Below are positions 14,525-29,425 of a DNA stretch of 64,000 nt, in pieces. Source of the stretch: Okamejei kenojei (lineage: Eukaryota); contig CM069151.1 in assembly GCA_035221665.1 (NCBI GenBank), positions 31,310,001 to 31,374,000 on the forward strand, read 5' to 3'. The position numbers and the translations under genes were made by a program. Position 1 is the stretch's first letter, and every line of letters starts with the position of its first letter. The notes under the pieces were generated by a model. It was not told the origin of the DNA. It saw nothing but the letters and a program-made list of their open reading frames with translations, and searched no databases.

Positions 14525-17500
14525 ATAACCATATAACCATATAACAATTACAGCACGGAAACAGGCCCTTCCAGTCCATGCCGACCATTTGTTTTCCCCT
14601 AGTCCCATCTACCTGCACTCAGACCATACCCCTCCATTCCCTTCACGTCCATATACCTATCCACTTTACTCTTAAACGTTAAAATCGATCCTGCCTCCAC
14701 CACTTCTGCTGGAAGCTGATTCCACACAGCCACCACCCTCTGAGTAAAGAAGTTCCCCCTCACGTTACCCCGAAACCTCTGTCCCTTAATTCTCATGTCA
14801 TGCCCTCTTGTTTGAATCTTCCCTACCCTCAATGGGAAAAACGTATCCACGTCAACTCTGTCTATCCCTTTCATCATTTTAAAGACCTCAATCAAGTCCC
14901 CCCTTAACCTTCTGCGCTCCAAAGAATAAAGACCTAACTTGTTCAACCTTTCTCTGTAACATAGTTGCTGGAACCCTGGCAACATTCTAGTAAATCTCCT
15001 CTGTACTCTCTCTATTTTGTTGACATCCTTCCTATAACTAGGCGACCAAAATTGTACACCATACTCCAGAATTGGTCTTACCAATGCCTTGTACAATTTT
15101 AACATTACTTCCCTACTCCTATATTCAATGCTCTGATTTATAAAGGCCAGCACACCAAAGGCTTTCTTTACCACCCTATCTACATGCGATTCCACCTTCA
15201 GGGAACTATGCACAGTTATTCCTAGATCCCTCTGTTCCACTGCATTCCTCAATTCCCTACCATTTACCATGTACGTCCTATTTTGATTTGTCCTGCCAAG
15301 ATGTAGCACTTCACACTTATCAGCATTAAACTCCATCTGCCATCTTTCAGCCCACTTTTCCAAATGGCCCAAATCTCTCTGTAGACTTTGAAAATCTACT
15401 TCATTATCCACAACACCACCTATCTTAGTATCATCTGCATACTTACTTATCCAATTTTTCCACCCCATCATCCAGATCATTGATGTACATGACAAACAAC
15501 AGTGGACCCAACACAGATCCCTGAGGCACCCCACTGGTCACCGGCTTCCAACCTGACAAACAGCCATCCACCATTACTCTCTGACATCTCCCATTCAGCC
15601 ACTGTTGAATCCATCTTGCTACTCCGCCATTAACACCCAAAGATTGAACCTTCTTAACCAACCTTCCATGGGGAACCTTGACAAAGGACTTACTGAAATC
15701 CATATAGACAACATCCACTGCTTTACCCTCATCAATTTCCCTAGTTACCGCTTCAAAAAATTCAAGAAGGTTTGTCAAACATGACCTTCCAGGCACAAAT
15801 CCATGTTGACTGTTCCTGATCAGACCCTGTTTATCCAGATGCTTATATATATATATTATCTCTAAGTATCCTTTCCATTAATTTGCCCACCACTGACGTC
15901 AAACTAATAGGTCTATAATTGCTAGGTTTATTCTTTGAACCCTTTTTAAACAATGGAACAACATGCGTAGTACGCCAATCCTCCGGCACTATTCCCGTTT
16001 CTAATGACATTTGAAATATTTCTGTCATAGCTCCTGCTATTTCTACACTAACTTCCCTCAATGTCCTAGGGAATATCCTGTCAGGACCTGGAGACTTATC
16101 CACTTTTATATTTTTCAAAAGTGTCAGTACTTCCTCCTCTTTGAATCTCATAGTTTCCATAGCTACTCTACTTTTTCCCCTTAACTCACCGAGTTCAATA
16201 TCCTTCTCCTTGGTGAATACCGAAGAAAATAAATTGTTCAATATCTCCCCCATCTCTTTTGGCTCTGCAGATAGCTGTCCATTCTGGTTCTCTAATGGTC
16301 CAATTTTATCCCTCGTTATCCTTTTGCTATTAATATAGCTGTAGAAACCCTTTGGGTTTACTTTCACCTTTCTTGCCAAAGCAACCTCATATCTTCTTTT
16401 AGTCTTCCTAATTTCTTTCTTAAGATTCTTTTTACATTCTTTATACTCCTCTAGCACCTCATTTACTCCATGCCTCCTATAATTATTGTAGATATCTCTC
16501 TTTTTTCGAAACGTGTCCAATTTCCCTTGAAAACCATGGCTCTTTCCAATTTTTACTATTTCCTTTCAACCTAACAGGGACATAAAGATTCTGTACTCTT
16601 ATAATTTCCCCTTTAAATGTCCTCCATTTCTCTTCTACATCCTTCCCATGAAACAAAGTGTCCCAATTCACTCCTTTAAAATCCTTACGCATTCCCTCAA
16701 AGTTAGCCTTTCTCCAATCAAAAATCTCCACCCTAGGTCCAGTTCTGACTCTCTCCATAATTATATTGAAACTAATGGTATTGTGATCACTGGTCCCAAA
16801 GTGCTCACCAACGCATACCTCCGTCACCTGACCTGCCTCATTTCCTAACAGGAGGTCCAGCACTGCCCCTTCTCTGGTCGATTACCTCTATGTACTGCTG
16901 CAAAAAAATTATCCTGCACACATTTTACAAACTCCAAACCATCCAGCCCATTTACAGAATGTGTTTCCCAGTCTATTTTTGGAAAATTGAATTCTCCCAC
17001 AATCACTACCTTGTGCTTACTACTAATATCTGCTATCTCCTTACATATTTGCTCTTCCAATTCACGCTCCCCATTTGGCGGTCTATAATACACCCCTAAA
17101 AAGTGTTGCTACAACCGTTCCCACTTCTCAGTTCCACCCAAATAGCCTCCCTAGACGAGCCCTCTAATCTATCCTGCCAAAGCACTGCTGTAATATCTTC
17201 TCTGACAAGCAATGCAACACCTCCCCCTCTGGTCCCTCCAATTCTATCACACCTGAAGCAACGAATTCCTGGAATATTTAGTTTCCAATCACAGCCCTCC
17301 TGCAACCATGTTTCACTGATTGCCACAACATCATATTTCCAGGTGTCAATCCAGGCTCTAAGTTCGTCCACCTTACTTACAATGCTCCTAGCATTAAAAT
17401 ATACACATTTTAGAAACCCACCATCCCTTATTCTCTGTCTATTATCTTTTTCATCTTTCTCGCCTACATTTTGGATCCGAGTGCTTCCCTTCTCTGCCTC

Positions 17501-18411
17501 TTGCCCCACACCCTGACCCCTAGCCCCCTCTACCCGAGTCCCTCCCCCCAGCCTTTCTAGTTTAAAGTCTCCCAAGTAGCCTTTGCAAATCTCCCTGCCA
17601 GGATATTGGTCCCCCTCGGGCTCAAGTGCAACCCGTCCTTTGTGTACAGATCATGCCTTCCCCAAAAGAGGTCCCAGTGATCAAGAAACTTGAATCCCTG
17701 CCCACTGCACCAGTCCCTCAGCCACGCATTTATCCTCCACCTCATTTCATTCCTACTCTCACTGTCACGCGGCACAGGCAGTAATCCTGAAATCGTTACC
17801 CTTTTGGTCCTTCTCCTTAACTTTCCTCCCAACTCCCTAAATTCTCCCTTCAGGACCTCATCACTTTTTCTGCCTATGTCATTGGTACCTACGTGTACCA
17901 CAACATCAGGCTCCTCTCCCTCCCTTATCAGAATCTTTTGTACACGTTCTGACACATGCGAGACCCTGGCACCAGCGAGGCAAACTACCATCCGGGTCTC
18001 CCGACTGCGTCTACAGAATCGCCTATCCGACCCCCTAACTATAGAGTCCCCTATTACAATTGCCCTCCTCTTTTTGCTACCCTTCTGAGCATCAGGGCCG
18101 GTCTCTGTGCCGGAGGCCAGGCCGCTGTTGGTGCCCCCAGCTAGGCTGTCCCCTCCAATCGTACTCAAACCTGAGTACCTATTTTCCAGGTGTACGGTCA
18201 CAGGGGTACTCTCTAGCCCCTGCCTCTGCCCTTTGCCCTTCCTAACTGTGACCCACTTGTCTGCCTCCTGTGGTCTGGGAGTGACTACGTCCCTGTAGCT
18301 CCTCTCTATTACCTCCTCACTCTCCCTGAGGAGACGGAGGTCATCGAGCTGCTGCTCCAGGTTCCTAACACAGTCCTTTAGGAGCCCCATCTCAACACAC
18401 CTGGCGCAAAT
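14525..18411 (-). mobile_element. Near-complete CR1 LINE with SGNH-esterase ORF1 and frameshifted EN/RT ORF2
   Basis: ORF1 17557-18411 has CARC, a heptad repeat, IGDSIVR, VHVGTND and DGLHL. ORF2 pieces have [26 protein letters not shown] and KYADDTK. 3' tandem (ATAACCAT)n at ~14525-14545. Confidence 0.93.
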
Positions 18412-18597
18412 ACAACCAAAATCCACAGAGCGCCACAACAAAGAGCAAGCAGTTTCCCAGCATTTAGTTAAATGCCATCGGCAAGTTGGATTAGAGAAAA
18501 TCACAAGGTTTTTTTTTATGCACGCTAAAAACAAGAGGGTAACCAAGGAAAAGAAAGGACCAATCAAGGATAAAGGAAGGAATTAATGCTTGGAGTC

Positions 18598-19360
18598 CCC
18601 TGCAACTGCAGGAGATGCAACACGTTCCTAATCCTCCTCCCTCGGTTCATCCAGGTACCACAGCAGTCCTTCCCTGGTGAGACAGAAATTCACAGGACCT
18701 CGTCTAACCTCATCTACTGCATTTGGTGGGTCATGTACATTTGTCAAACCAAGCAGAGACTCAATGACCACTTTTCCGAACATTTGCACTTAATCTGCCA
18801 GGGCCTACCAGATCTCCCAGTTGCTAACCATAACTCCCCTTCCCATTCTGACATTTCTGCCCTTGCCTCTTCAAGCACCAGAGCAAGGCCACACACATAA
18901 CTAGAGCTAGCTTACAACTCAACACTCTACCTTCCATTTTTAGTATCTTAGCAACAACAGCCTGCTTCCCTTTCCTCTCCCAAGAAACTCTCCTTTCTCC
19001 CCTCCCCCCCCGAAACCTGACTGACCTTGCACCGTTTTTCCCACCTCCCCTCTACTTGTACTGTTTACAGTGGATAGATAATTTGCAACTCTTCTATCCC
19101 TGACCTTACCAATTCACAATTTATCCTCTCGGACTCACACTTGTATCTCTGGCCTGTGTCCAACAATCTACCTATGAAATAACCCCCTCGCTTGTTCACC
19201 TATTACCGACCATGATCTGTCCTGCTCCTCTTCACTCCCAATTTTCTTTCCCGTCCCCCTACAATCAGTCTGAAGAAGGGTTCCAACCCGAAACGTCACC
19301 CAACCATGTTCTCCAGGGATGCTGCCTGACCCGCTTAGTTACTCCAACATTTTGTGTCTA
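18598..19360 (+). mobile_element. Penelope-like element 3' fragment (GIY-YIG endonuclease remnant plus pLTR)
   Basis: ORF 18586-18900 reads TSSNLIYCI..YICQTKQRLNDHFSEHL...PVANH. Ends in gatgctgcctgacccgct.agttactcca.cattttgtgtc, a terminus shared with other copies in the window. Confidence 0.8.
19268..19299 (+). ncRNA. Minimal type-I hammerhead ribozyme motif in Penelope pLTR
   Basis: CTGAAGA (19270-19276), extra A, stem II GGGT-TCCA-ACCC, GAAA (19290-19293), C, GTC (19295-19297). Core nucleotides intact; stem I only ~2 bp. Confidence 0.65.
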
Positions 19361-21109
19361 CTTTGCATCTGTAGTCACCAAGAAGAGGGACATAAAAATA
19401 GTGAGATCAGCATGGAAAACACTAATATTCTGGGGCAGTTTGAGATCAAGAAGGAGGCGGTGTTAGGGTTCTTGAAAAGCACAGTAGATAAATCCCAGGG
19501 GCCTTGTGGGATTCATCCCAGGTTATTGAGACAAGAGAGGTTGCAGGAGCATTGATGAAGATCTTTGCATCTTCACTAGCCACAGGCAAGGTCCTGGATG
19601 ACTGGAGCATCCAATATTGTTTCTTTGTTTAAAAAGTGAAATAGAGATAAGCTAATGTCCACATGGATTTTAGTAAGGAATTAGTCCCTCACGATAGGCT
19701 GATCCAAAAGATCAAGACACCTGGGATCCACAGTGATTTGGTCATTTGGATTCAGAACTGTCTTACTTATAGAAGACAAGGTTGTGCTGGGCTATTTTTC
19801 AGCCTGGAGGTTATTTGATCAGTGGAGTTCTGCAGGGATCTGTGCTGAGACCTGTTATTTGTGATATACATATACAGATGATACCAATGCTGGTGGAGTT
19901 GTGGACCACGAAGGAAGGCTGTCAAAGCATACAGTAGGAAATACATCAGTTACAAAATTGGGTGGTGAAATAGCAGATGGAGTTTAATCCAAGCAAGTGT
20001 GAGGTGTTGTGCTTTGGGTAGTTTAATGCAAGGGGAAAGTATACAGTTAATGGCAAGCCCGTGAACAGCATTGATGTATTGAGGGATCTCGGGGTCCAAG
20101 TCCATTGCTCCCTGAAAGTGGCAAGTCAAGTAGATAGAAAAATTAATAAAAGCATGGTAGTCTTGCCTTCTTCAGTTGGGGCATTGAGTATAAGAGTCAG
20201 GAAGTCATGTTGCAGTTTTATAGGACTTTGATTAGGCTGCATTTGGAGCAGTGCGTATAGTTCTGGTCAATCCATTGCAGGAAGAATGTCAAGGCTTTGG
20301 AGAGGGTACATACACGTTTATCCGAATGCTGCTTGGATTAGAGGATAGTCACCATAATCCTATGAGAGGTTGGGTGGTTTGCTCAGGATTGTCGGAGACC
20401 TGATAGAAGTATATAAAATTATGACGGGTATAGATAGGGTCAACAGTTATAACCTTTTTTCCAAGAATGGAAATGTCAAGGACCTGAGGGCATAGCTCTA
20501 AGGTGAGAGGCGCAAAGTTTAAAGGAGACTAGACCAAGCGGGGGTCCTGTCCCCTCAACGCGGGGGGAGGGGGGTGGAGGGGAGGGTGAGAGAGGGGAGG
20601 GGAGAGGGAAGGGGGGTGGGAGGGGAGGACATGTGCAGGGCCTTTTGTTTACATAGCGATAGGTGGGTATTTAAAATGTACTGCTGGATGTGGCGGTGGA
20701 TGCAGATGCTATAGTGGTATGTAAGATGCTTTTAGATAGGCACACGGATATGCAGGGAATGGAAGGATATGGATTATGTACAGGCAGAGACCAGTTTAAT
20801 GGCATCATGTTCAGCAATGACATTGTGGGCCAAAGAACCTATTCCTGTGCTGCACTGTTCGAGTTTCTATTAGATACTCATTACACAGATGCCTGTGTAG
20901 TGACATGGTTGACAATGTTCCATTACTGGTGGCATAATTACAGCCATGGCCATTACTCAGGGTGGGTCAGAAAGCTCTGGACTGGAGGCAAACTCAACAA
21001 ATTTAAGAGTCTCCTCTTACACCCTAGCTCAGCCATCTTGATGAACAGGCCCATGTTTTCCAAAGGCTACATTCATTAATATTTGTGATACTCCTCATAA
21101 AGACCTTAA

Positions 21110-21510
21110 ATCATATCTCAGCGCCAGGCAACATTGCAGGATTTAGGATCAACCAGCATTACTTGCTATTCACATGCAGGCTGTCATTGACTGCATTTAA
21201 ATGCCAATATGGGTCCCCCGTAATAAATTGGACCTCGTTTTTGTTTCTATTTTCTCAACGTGCAGATCTTTGTAGATCACAAGGAGAATTTCCTCAAGGT
21301 GAATGCCATATTTCCAGGAAGAAAACATGACTACCTCATCCCAAGAGAGCCCACATTGTTGGATATTTTGAGATGGATTTCTGAATGCAAAGGGATAAGT
21401 GTTATCCTCAACTTTTCTAGTTACCCAGTACAATGCACTACCCAGCTGCAACAGCTGAATGTAGATACAATCGACCCTCAAATTACACTAGTGGGAGAGT
21501 AAAGGTAGGT
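21110..21510 (+). pseudogene. Ancient PIF/Harbinger transposase (DDE_Tnp_4-like) remnant
   Basis: Across frames: IAGF, AVIDC.*.PI..P, FLNVQIFVDHKENFLKVNAIFPGRKHDYLI, SYP, TAECRYNR. These are colinear with Harbinger GAIDCTH, NVQ..CD, PGS.HD and ERRYN motifs. Confidence 0.7.
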
Positions 21511-21519
21511 AGGAGGAGA

Positions 21520-21545
21520 GGGGGGGGGGGGGGGGGGGGGGGTGC

Positions 21546-21603
<58 letters not shown>
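21520..21603. repeat. Poly-G run followed by (TG)n microsatellite
   Basis: Directly visible: ~23 G, then ~27 TG units. Confidence 0.97.
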
Positions 21604-21606
<3 letters not shown>

Positions 21607-22247
21607 CCATGGCTTGATAAGTATGTGTGTGAGTACAATAATTGTATTGGCATGTAATTCACAACACACCTTGCAAGATCTTGAATTTTTGGTTGGCAAC
21701 TGCATTCAATAAAGTCCAGTCCCCCAGGAACGTAATCAGTCTAATTTTAACATTGCTTTTTAGATGTAAAAATGTCTAATTTTGTTTCACTTTCGCAGCC
21801 AAGTTTACTTTTTTTTTTAAACTGGTCCTATTTTGTTAATATTACAAGTCACAATGTTTTAGCACAACAGAAATAAATTAGAAGTCATTTCTAGACTTGG
21901 CTGCCTGTCCCACTGATTGCAAAATTTTGTTTTTGCAGTTAATCCAGTTCTTTTTGCAACGTGCACCATTGTGTGAACAGGCCAGGGAATCTTGTGCAAC
22001 TGCTGATGAAGTCCAACCATCAACATGTGATAACACCCCAGTATTAAATTATCCAGCCTTTCTGCATTAGCTTCTTCAGGGGAAAATCAAATTAAACGGG
22101 TATAGCAGCAAAAATCAGATAGGTGCACTAGATACATCATATCTTATCTATTGATCATAATTCAACAAATTATACTGAATTTAAATTACTGATGAATTAC
22201 AAAATATTCTGCTAAATATATACATTCAGAAAAATGTAATACAATTA

Positions 22248-22478
<231 letters not shown>

Positions 22479-24544
22479 CTAAAGAAAAAAAATCACTTTA
22501 AGCATTACAACATATCTTTGAAATAAACCACCAATGCCACTTAAATGCTGTGGTTACATTGACTACTCTATTTTAGATATTTTCTTTCTACTTTGACTTA
22601 ATTTTATAAACATCTGTTCTTTCTTGCTATCATTCTTTAAGGCAATATATTTAATTATTGATTAGTGTAATGGTTGGGGTGATCTGATATTCCAATGGTA
22701 ATATTAGGATCATCTCTGTATTATGCACGTTAACCTACGTCTAAATCATTAATATCCCAATGTATCATAGTTTACAAAAGTGGATTTTTTCCAAAGTTTT
22801 GAAGCAATTTCTCGTTGTCCCTTGATCCTCACAAGCACATCTTCTTTGTTGCTTTGGACAACAACACTTGCCACTGTTCTGCCTTGTGCCCCCAACTCAC
22901 TGACTGCCCTTACATTGTTATATTGTGTCCCAGCTGCCCTTACCCAGCCATCAATACCATGAACTCTGGATTTCAACATCTTGAGTTCAAAATAAATGTG
23001 CACAAAGTCATTCTTTCAAAGGAAGCTTTGTCTCAACCCATCAATTACTCAGTTAGGAGATTAGCCACGTTTCTCTGTGATTTGCTTCAGTTCCTTTGGC
23101 AAGGCTACTGTGATGTCTACACTCGCTTTCCTTCCCCCCCCCCCCCCTCCCACACAAGAAAGACATTATACAGGCCTGCACGTTGCTCAACAATTCAAAC
23201 TAGCCAAGGCTGCTCTGAATGTGTCAGCACTTTCATAAGATTCCTTTCACATGGTTTTACCACCCAAGACCAGCTGCAACAATCTCATTCTTTCAGAGAT
23301 CATTAAATTTGGTAACACATGCATTTGATTCTGATCTTTTAACCACATCCTTAACCATTTTTTTTCATTCCCTTCATTATATTATCTATGCCTGATGTAA
23401 CATAGGCAACATTTTTACAGGAGTTAAATTCTATTATAACTGATAAAGGTTTATTTCCAAAAGAGTACTAAACATACATATTGCAGTTTAACATTTCCCA
23501 CAATTTATATAGATTGTAAAGAAAAGGAAGTAGACAGCGTTCAAAGAAGTCTGTGTACGCACTGCGGTTAACTACAAGGACTGATCATCTCAAAAGGAAT
23601 CCACTAAATAGCTTACTATAGTCTATTTAAAGTTCACAGATCAGATATCAATCTTATTGACAGTCACACCTGTGATTTCATTTGCCATTTACGACATAAT
23701 ATTACTACAGGAAAACTACAGTATTTTACAACTTCTTTATAGAATACTAAAGAAATAGATTTGATTATTATTATTAAGGGAACCTATTCTTCCTGTCCCC
23801 CCACCCAGAGGGAAAAACAAAAAACTATAATTGAGCAAAATTACCTTACGGAATTAACTGCATTATCGTGAACATTTATCAACTGAACATTCATTTATCA
23901 AGTACCAGTGGTATTGCAGCAATTACATTATCTCATTGCTGATGATGCATTTCAGAAAATACAAATGCTCTTCACAACTCTTACTTTTCTGTTTCCAAAC
24001 TGCCCAAGTACTCCAAATGATGCACTTCATTAAATAATTTTTCTAACATTAATGTAGTGTTCAAGTCTTGACCCTCAGAACAAATAAGCTTCAACAGTAG
24101 CCATTCTTCATGCAAGGTTGTAGAATATTTAAAGGCAAGTGCCCTTGAGCTTTCAACACCGAATTTGAATTTTTAAATTTACTTAAACCCTTGTAATTAT
24201 CACCAAGCATTTTATGCAATTTAATTATTTTTCCAAATGGCTCCGTGTCTAAACATTATTAATGTGCTTGACGTCCCAGACCGAAGAAGTTGTTCCAGCC
24301 CAGTTCTATATTTTGTCAAATCGTATTAGGATTATTCTGGAGACAGTGCCTCAGCAATAGTTCACCCAATGCTTCCTCTTTGTCTGAATTTTGCTGCCCA
24401 GCATGATCGTATAGAGTCTGGCAAGATTAGCTGTCTACATCGACTCCAGCTTGTTTCCAAAATCATGTGTGGGTAATTTAGATTGAGAATGAATCTGGTG
24501 AATCATTTTTTTAAATATTACATGCGATTAATTATCTACATTCA

Positions 24545-24709
<165 letters not shown>

Positions 24710-24894
24710 CTAGTGAAAGGAAGAACCATGGATTGTTGGTAAATAGACAGCCAATCTCTGAAAGTTGATGTTTGCATTTTGTCAACATATACCATTCAAA
24801 TCAATGAACAGATTTAAATACACTTGCATTGAGAAAATCAACGTGTAACTTTAGTCTGATTTTGCCACTGGTAACACCAAAGGAAACACAGAAA

Positions 24895-25400
24895 GGTTCG
24901 CATGCACCTCCTCTAACCTCACCCAGAGAGTTGTGAATCTGTGGAATTCTCTGCTACAGAAGGCAATGGAGGCCAATTCACTGAATGTTTTCAAGAGTTA
25001 GATTTAGCTCTTAGGGCTGAGGAAATCAAGGGATATGGGGAAAAAGCCGGAACGCGGTACTGATTTTAGATGATCAGCCATGATCATATTGAATGACGGT
25101 GCTGGCTCAAAGGGCCGAATAGCCTGCTCCTGCACCTATTTCCTACGTTTCTATCTACTGTATCCAATATTCCCAATGTGGACTCCAGTACATCAGTGAC
25201 ACCAAGCGTAGACTCGGAAACCGCTTCGCTGAATACATGCTCTTGGTCTTGGTCTTCTCCCACATTCACACGCAAATTGGAGGAACGGTATTTCATATTC
25301 CGCTTTTTTACCTTACAACTCAGCAGTATGAATGTTGAATTCTCTAACTTTAGGTGACTGCTACACTTCTCTCTGTCCACCCCTCGCTTTTTCAAACCCC
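24895..25400 (+). mobile_element. Penelope GIY-YIG fragment interrupted by a CR1 3' end (~24921-25152)
   Basis: tgcacctcctctaacctca|...|tctactgtatcc rejoins to CTSSNLIYCI. The insert is CR1 3'UTR-like. Confidence 0.7.
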
Positions 25401-25407
25401 CCCCCCC

Positions 25408-25546
25408 CTTGACTCGCACATGGCGCGTGGTGAGGCGTGGCGGTGTAGGCAGGGTCCCGCGCGGCGTCCCACGATTTTGTGATTCACAAAATCTTCGCAA
25501 GCCACCTGCGTGACGCACAAATGATGCCCAAGTGGGACAGGCCCTT
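25408..25546. mobile_element. CpG-rich fragment of a non-autonomous DNA transposon (one TIR-like end)
   Basis: Ends ...caagtgggacaggcccttta; CpG-rich compared with its flanks; partner end not seen. Confidence 0.35.
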
Positions 25547-25737
25547 TACTTCTGCTGTTTGTGTCCCTCTTTAGATATCATGAACCTGAAACAGCAACTG
25601 CATTTCCCTCTGCCCAATATGTGGGATACTTACAAATGTTTCTGCTTTTATTTCAAATTCATAGCATTCACAACATTTTACTTTTATGGTAAGAAATCAC
25701 GTTCATTTAAAAAATTAAAATATCAGAAAATGAATTA

Positions 25738-25902
<165 letters not shown>

Positions 25903-26116
25903 CTACAAAGTAAAGAGAAAACAGTTTAAATTAAAAATAACTCTACGTTTGTTTTCTTCTACCAATTTGAAAACCTCATTTTTATTCATTATATTCCATT
26001 TGCCATTCCTTCTCCATTCAATTGCTGTACCACTTTATTATGTAGTCACTGAACATCTTTTCTGGTCCATTATTCAATATCATGACTGTCCTTGACATTG
26101 ATGTCATTATCCTACA

Positions 26117-26627
26117 TAGAAACATAGAAAATAGATGCAGGAGTAGGCCATTCGGTCCTTCGAGCCTGCACCGCCATTCAATATGGTCATGGCTGATCAT
26201 TCAACTCAGTATCCTGTACCTGCCTTCTCTCCATACCCCCTGATCCTTTTAGCCACAAGGGCCACATCTAACTCCCTCTTAAATATAACCTATGAACTGG
26301 CCTCAACTACCTTCTGTGGCAGAGAATTCCAGAGAGTCACCACTCTGTGTGAAAAATGTTTTCCTCATCTCGGTCCTAAAGGAATTCCCCCTTTTCCTTA
26401 AACTGTGACCCCTTGTTCTGGACCACCCCAACATCGGGAACAATCTTCCTGCATCTAGCCTGTCCAACCCCTTAAGAATTTTGTAAGTTTCTATAAGATT
26501 CCCCCCTCAATCTTCTAAATTCTAGCGAGTACAGGTCGAGTCTACCCAGTCTTTCGTCATATGAAAGTCTTGACATCCCAGGAATCAGTCTGGTGAACCT
26601 TCTCTGTATCCCCTCTATGGCAACAAT
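26117..26627 (-). mobile_element. 5'-truncated CR1 3' end
   Basis: Tandem tail catagaaa-catagaaa and CR1 3'UTR/ORF2 C-terminus. Confidence 0.8.
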
Positions 26628-26929
26628 CCTTAATATCTAAAAATATACTATTCTTGATCTCAAATATATTCATTGACTGGCTCTCTACAGCCCACTTCAC
26701 AGTGAATTCCATTATGCAGAGCTTTGTTTTTCTTAAATTCATCCATCATAAATGGACAACCCCTAATTTAGATACTCTGACCTCTGGTCCTAGACACCCA
26801 GCTAGTAAAAAGTATAATTCCACATGTACCCTGTCAAGCCCTTAAGCCCCTAATTGTTTGCAGAATCTACAGATTAACTTTCAGTGAATGCCTACAATGG
26901 CTCAAGTCCCTCTGAACACCAATGCCTTT

Positions 26930-27845
<916 letters not shown>

Positions 27846-28205
27846 TTACAAGGTACAATTTTGAACTTTTATATATATGCAGGTTACTACAAACATTTAA
27901 TAAATGACCAGAAAGAATGGATCAGTAGTCCTCACTGATACATAACTGCTTGTTGAAAAGCTTGATTACAGTTTAAAAATCAAAACCAACTTATCTATAG
28001 GTTTCTTAGTGAAATGTCCTTATTAACTGGCTAGTTGAATTTGAACCTGCATTTTTCTACAGATTTTAGTACAAGATCCAGATACAATCTATGAACCAAT
28101 AAATCTCTCTCTGAAACTCCTGTAACATAAAAATACGCTTTTTATTGACATACAAATAAAATGTTTTTTTCCCCTCAACTGTATTCCATAAATACTTTTA
28201 ATCAA

Positions 28206-28510
28206 AAAAAGACACAAAGTGCTGGAGTAACTCAGCGGGTCAGGCAACATCTCAGGATGCAGGATCTCTGGATCGAACATGGATTGGTGACGTTGCCAGT
28301 CAGGACCCTTATTCAGACTAATTGTTGTGGGGGGAAGAAAGCTGGAAGAGAGGACGGGCAGAACAAGCCCTGGCAAGTAATAGGTAGATTCAAGTCGGGG
28401 GCTGGGGTGGGGTTGATAGGCAGATGGTTGGACAAAGGCAAAAGGTGAAAAGACAGAAGGTATGAGACATGGGGAGGGGGGAGAAGTAGCTATATGTCCA
28501 GGTGGGGCAC
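28206..28510 (-). mobile_element. Penelope pLTR fragment with degenerate hammerhead motif (28289-28316)
   Basis: Reverse complement of the 19200-19360 terminus. Minus strand reads CTGAATA-AGGGTCCTGACTG-GCAA-CGTC. Confidence 0.7.
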
Positions 28511-28519
28511 AGGGCAGAG

Positions 28520-29060
28520 AGGGGGTAAATCAAGAGCAGGAAGGTTGTTGCTTAACTTCATAAATGTTGATCAGACCTCAGATGGCATGTTGTGTGCAAT
28601 TCTGGTCGCCACACTATATGAAGGATTTGATAGTGCTGAAGAAGGTGCAGAGGAGATTCACCAGGATGTTGCCTGGGATGAAACATTTGAGTTAAGAGGC
28701 GAGACTGGAGAACGTAGGTCTGTTTTCCCTGGAGCACAGGTTAAGAGGAGACATTGGGATTGAGGTAAAGAAAATTTGTTAAGGATATCAATAAGGTAGG
28801 TTGCAGCAATCCTTTTCCCCTTATTCCCCTAGAGAACATAGATTTAGAGCAACGAGTGAAAGATTTGGAGGGAGTCGAAGGGTGGCAAATATTTTGACGG
28901 CCCTTCCTGAGAGAAAGCAGTGCTGCTAACATTTAAGAGCTGACTGGATGATCCCCCGGATCACCTGGACATTGAAGGCTAGTGGATGGCATTATTATGA
29001 ATGGGTGTCCACTGGTTTTCTGGATATGTTGGGCTGAATGGCCTGTATCCATGCTGTACG
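28520..29060 (+). mobile_element. Degenerate CR1 3' fragment
   Basis: gtgcagaggagattcaccaggatgttgcctgg (VQRRFTRMLPG) and gggctgaatggcctgt 3'UTR. Confidence 0.65.
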
Positions 29061-29425
29061 ACTATTTCAGTAATAGAAAACCAAAGAGCAGCAGATCACG
29101 GTTAAACTCATCAATATTTGCCTGCCTTACTGCCTGCTATTCCGTGGCACATCAAATGGTAAGTGCGTCAGCAACAGCAAAAGTCTAAATTATACGCATA
29201 GGCAGAAATCTTCAGGATTCTATCAGAAGCAGGATATGGTATCAAGCACACAGCACCTGTACAAAGGTACCACACAAATTAAATGATTATTCTAACATCA
29301 GAGGGAAGATGTACTCTTACCATCCTAACATGAAATTACAGTTTGGTCATTTTATTCTAAATGGTGTCAAAGTGTCTTCTTAACCCAAAGGAAAAAACAA
29401 TGTAAACTGCAGTCACAAAATTAAA

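Larger units (their letters stand above)
18480..20860 (+). mobile_element. Degenerate CR1 ORF2 and 3' end, interrupted by a Penelope fragment and a G-rich insert
   Basis: Remnants VDKSQGPCGIHPRLL and cagggatctgtgctg, plus CR1 3'UTR similarity. Confidence 0.75.

Noticed and set aside
21433-21705. ORFs with poly-G/VC and TH/poly-P repeats
   Set aside because: Translations of the (TG)n microsatellite and poly-G run.
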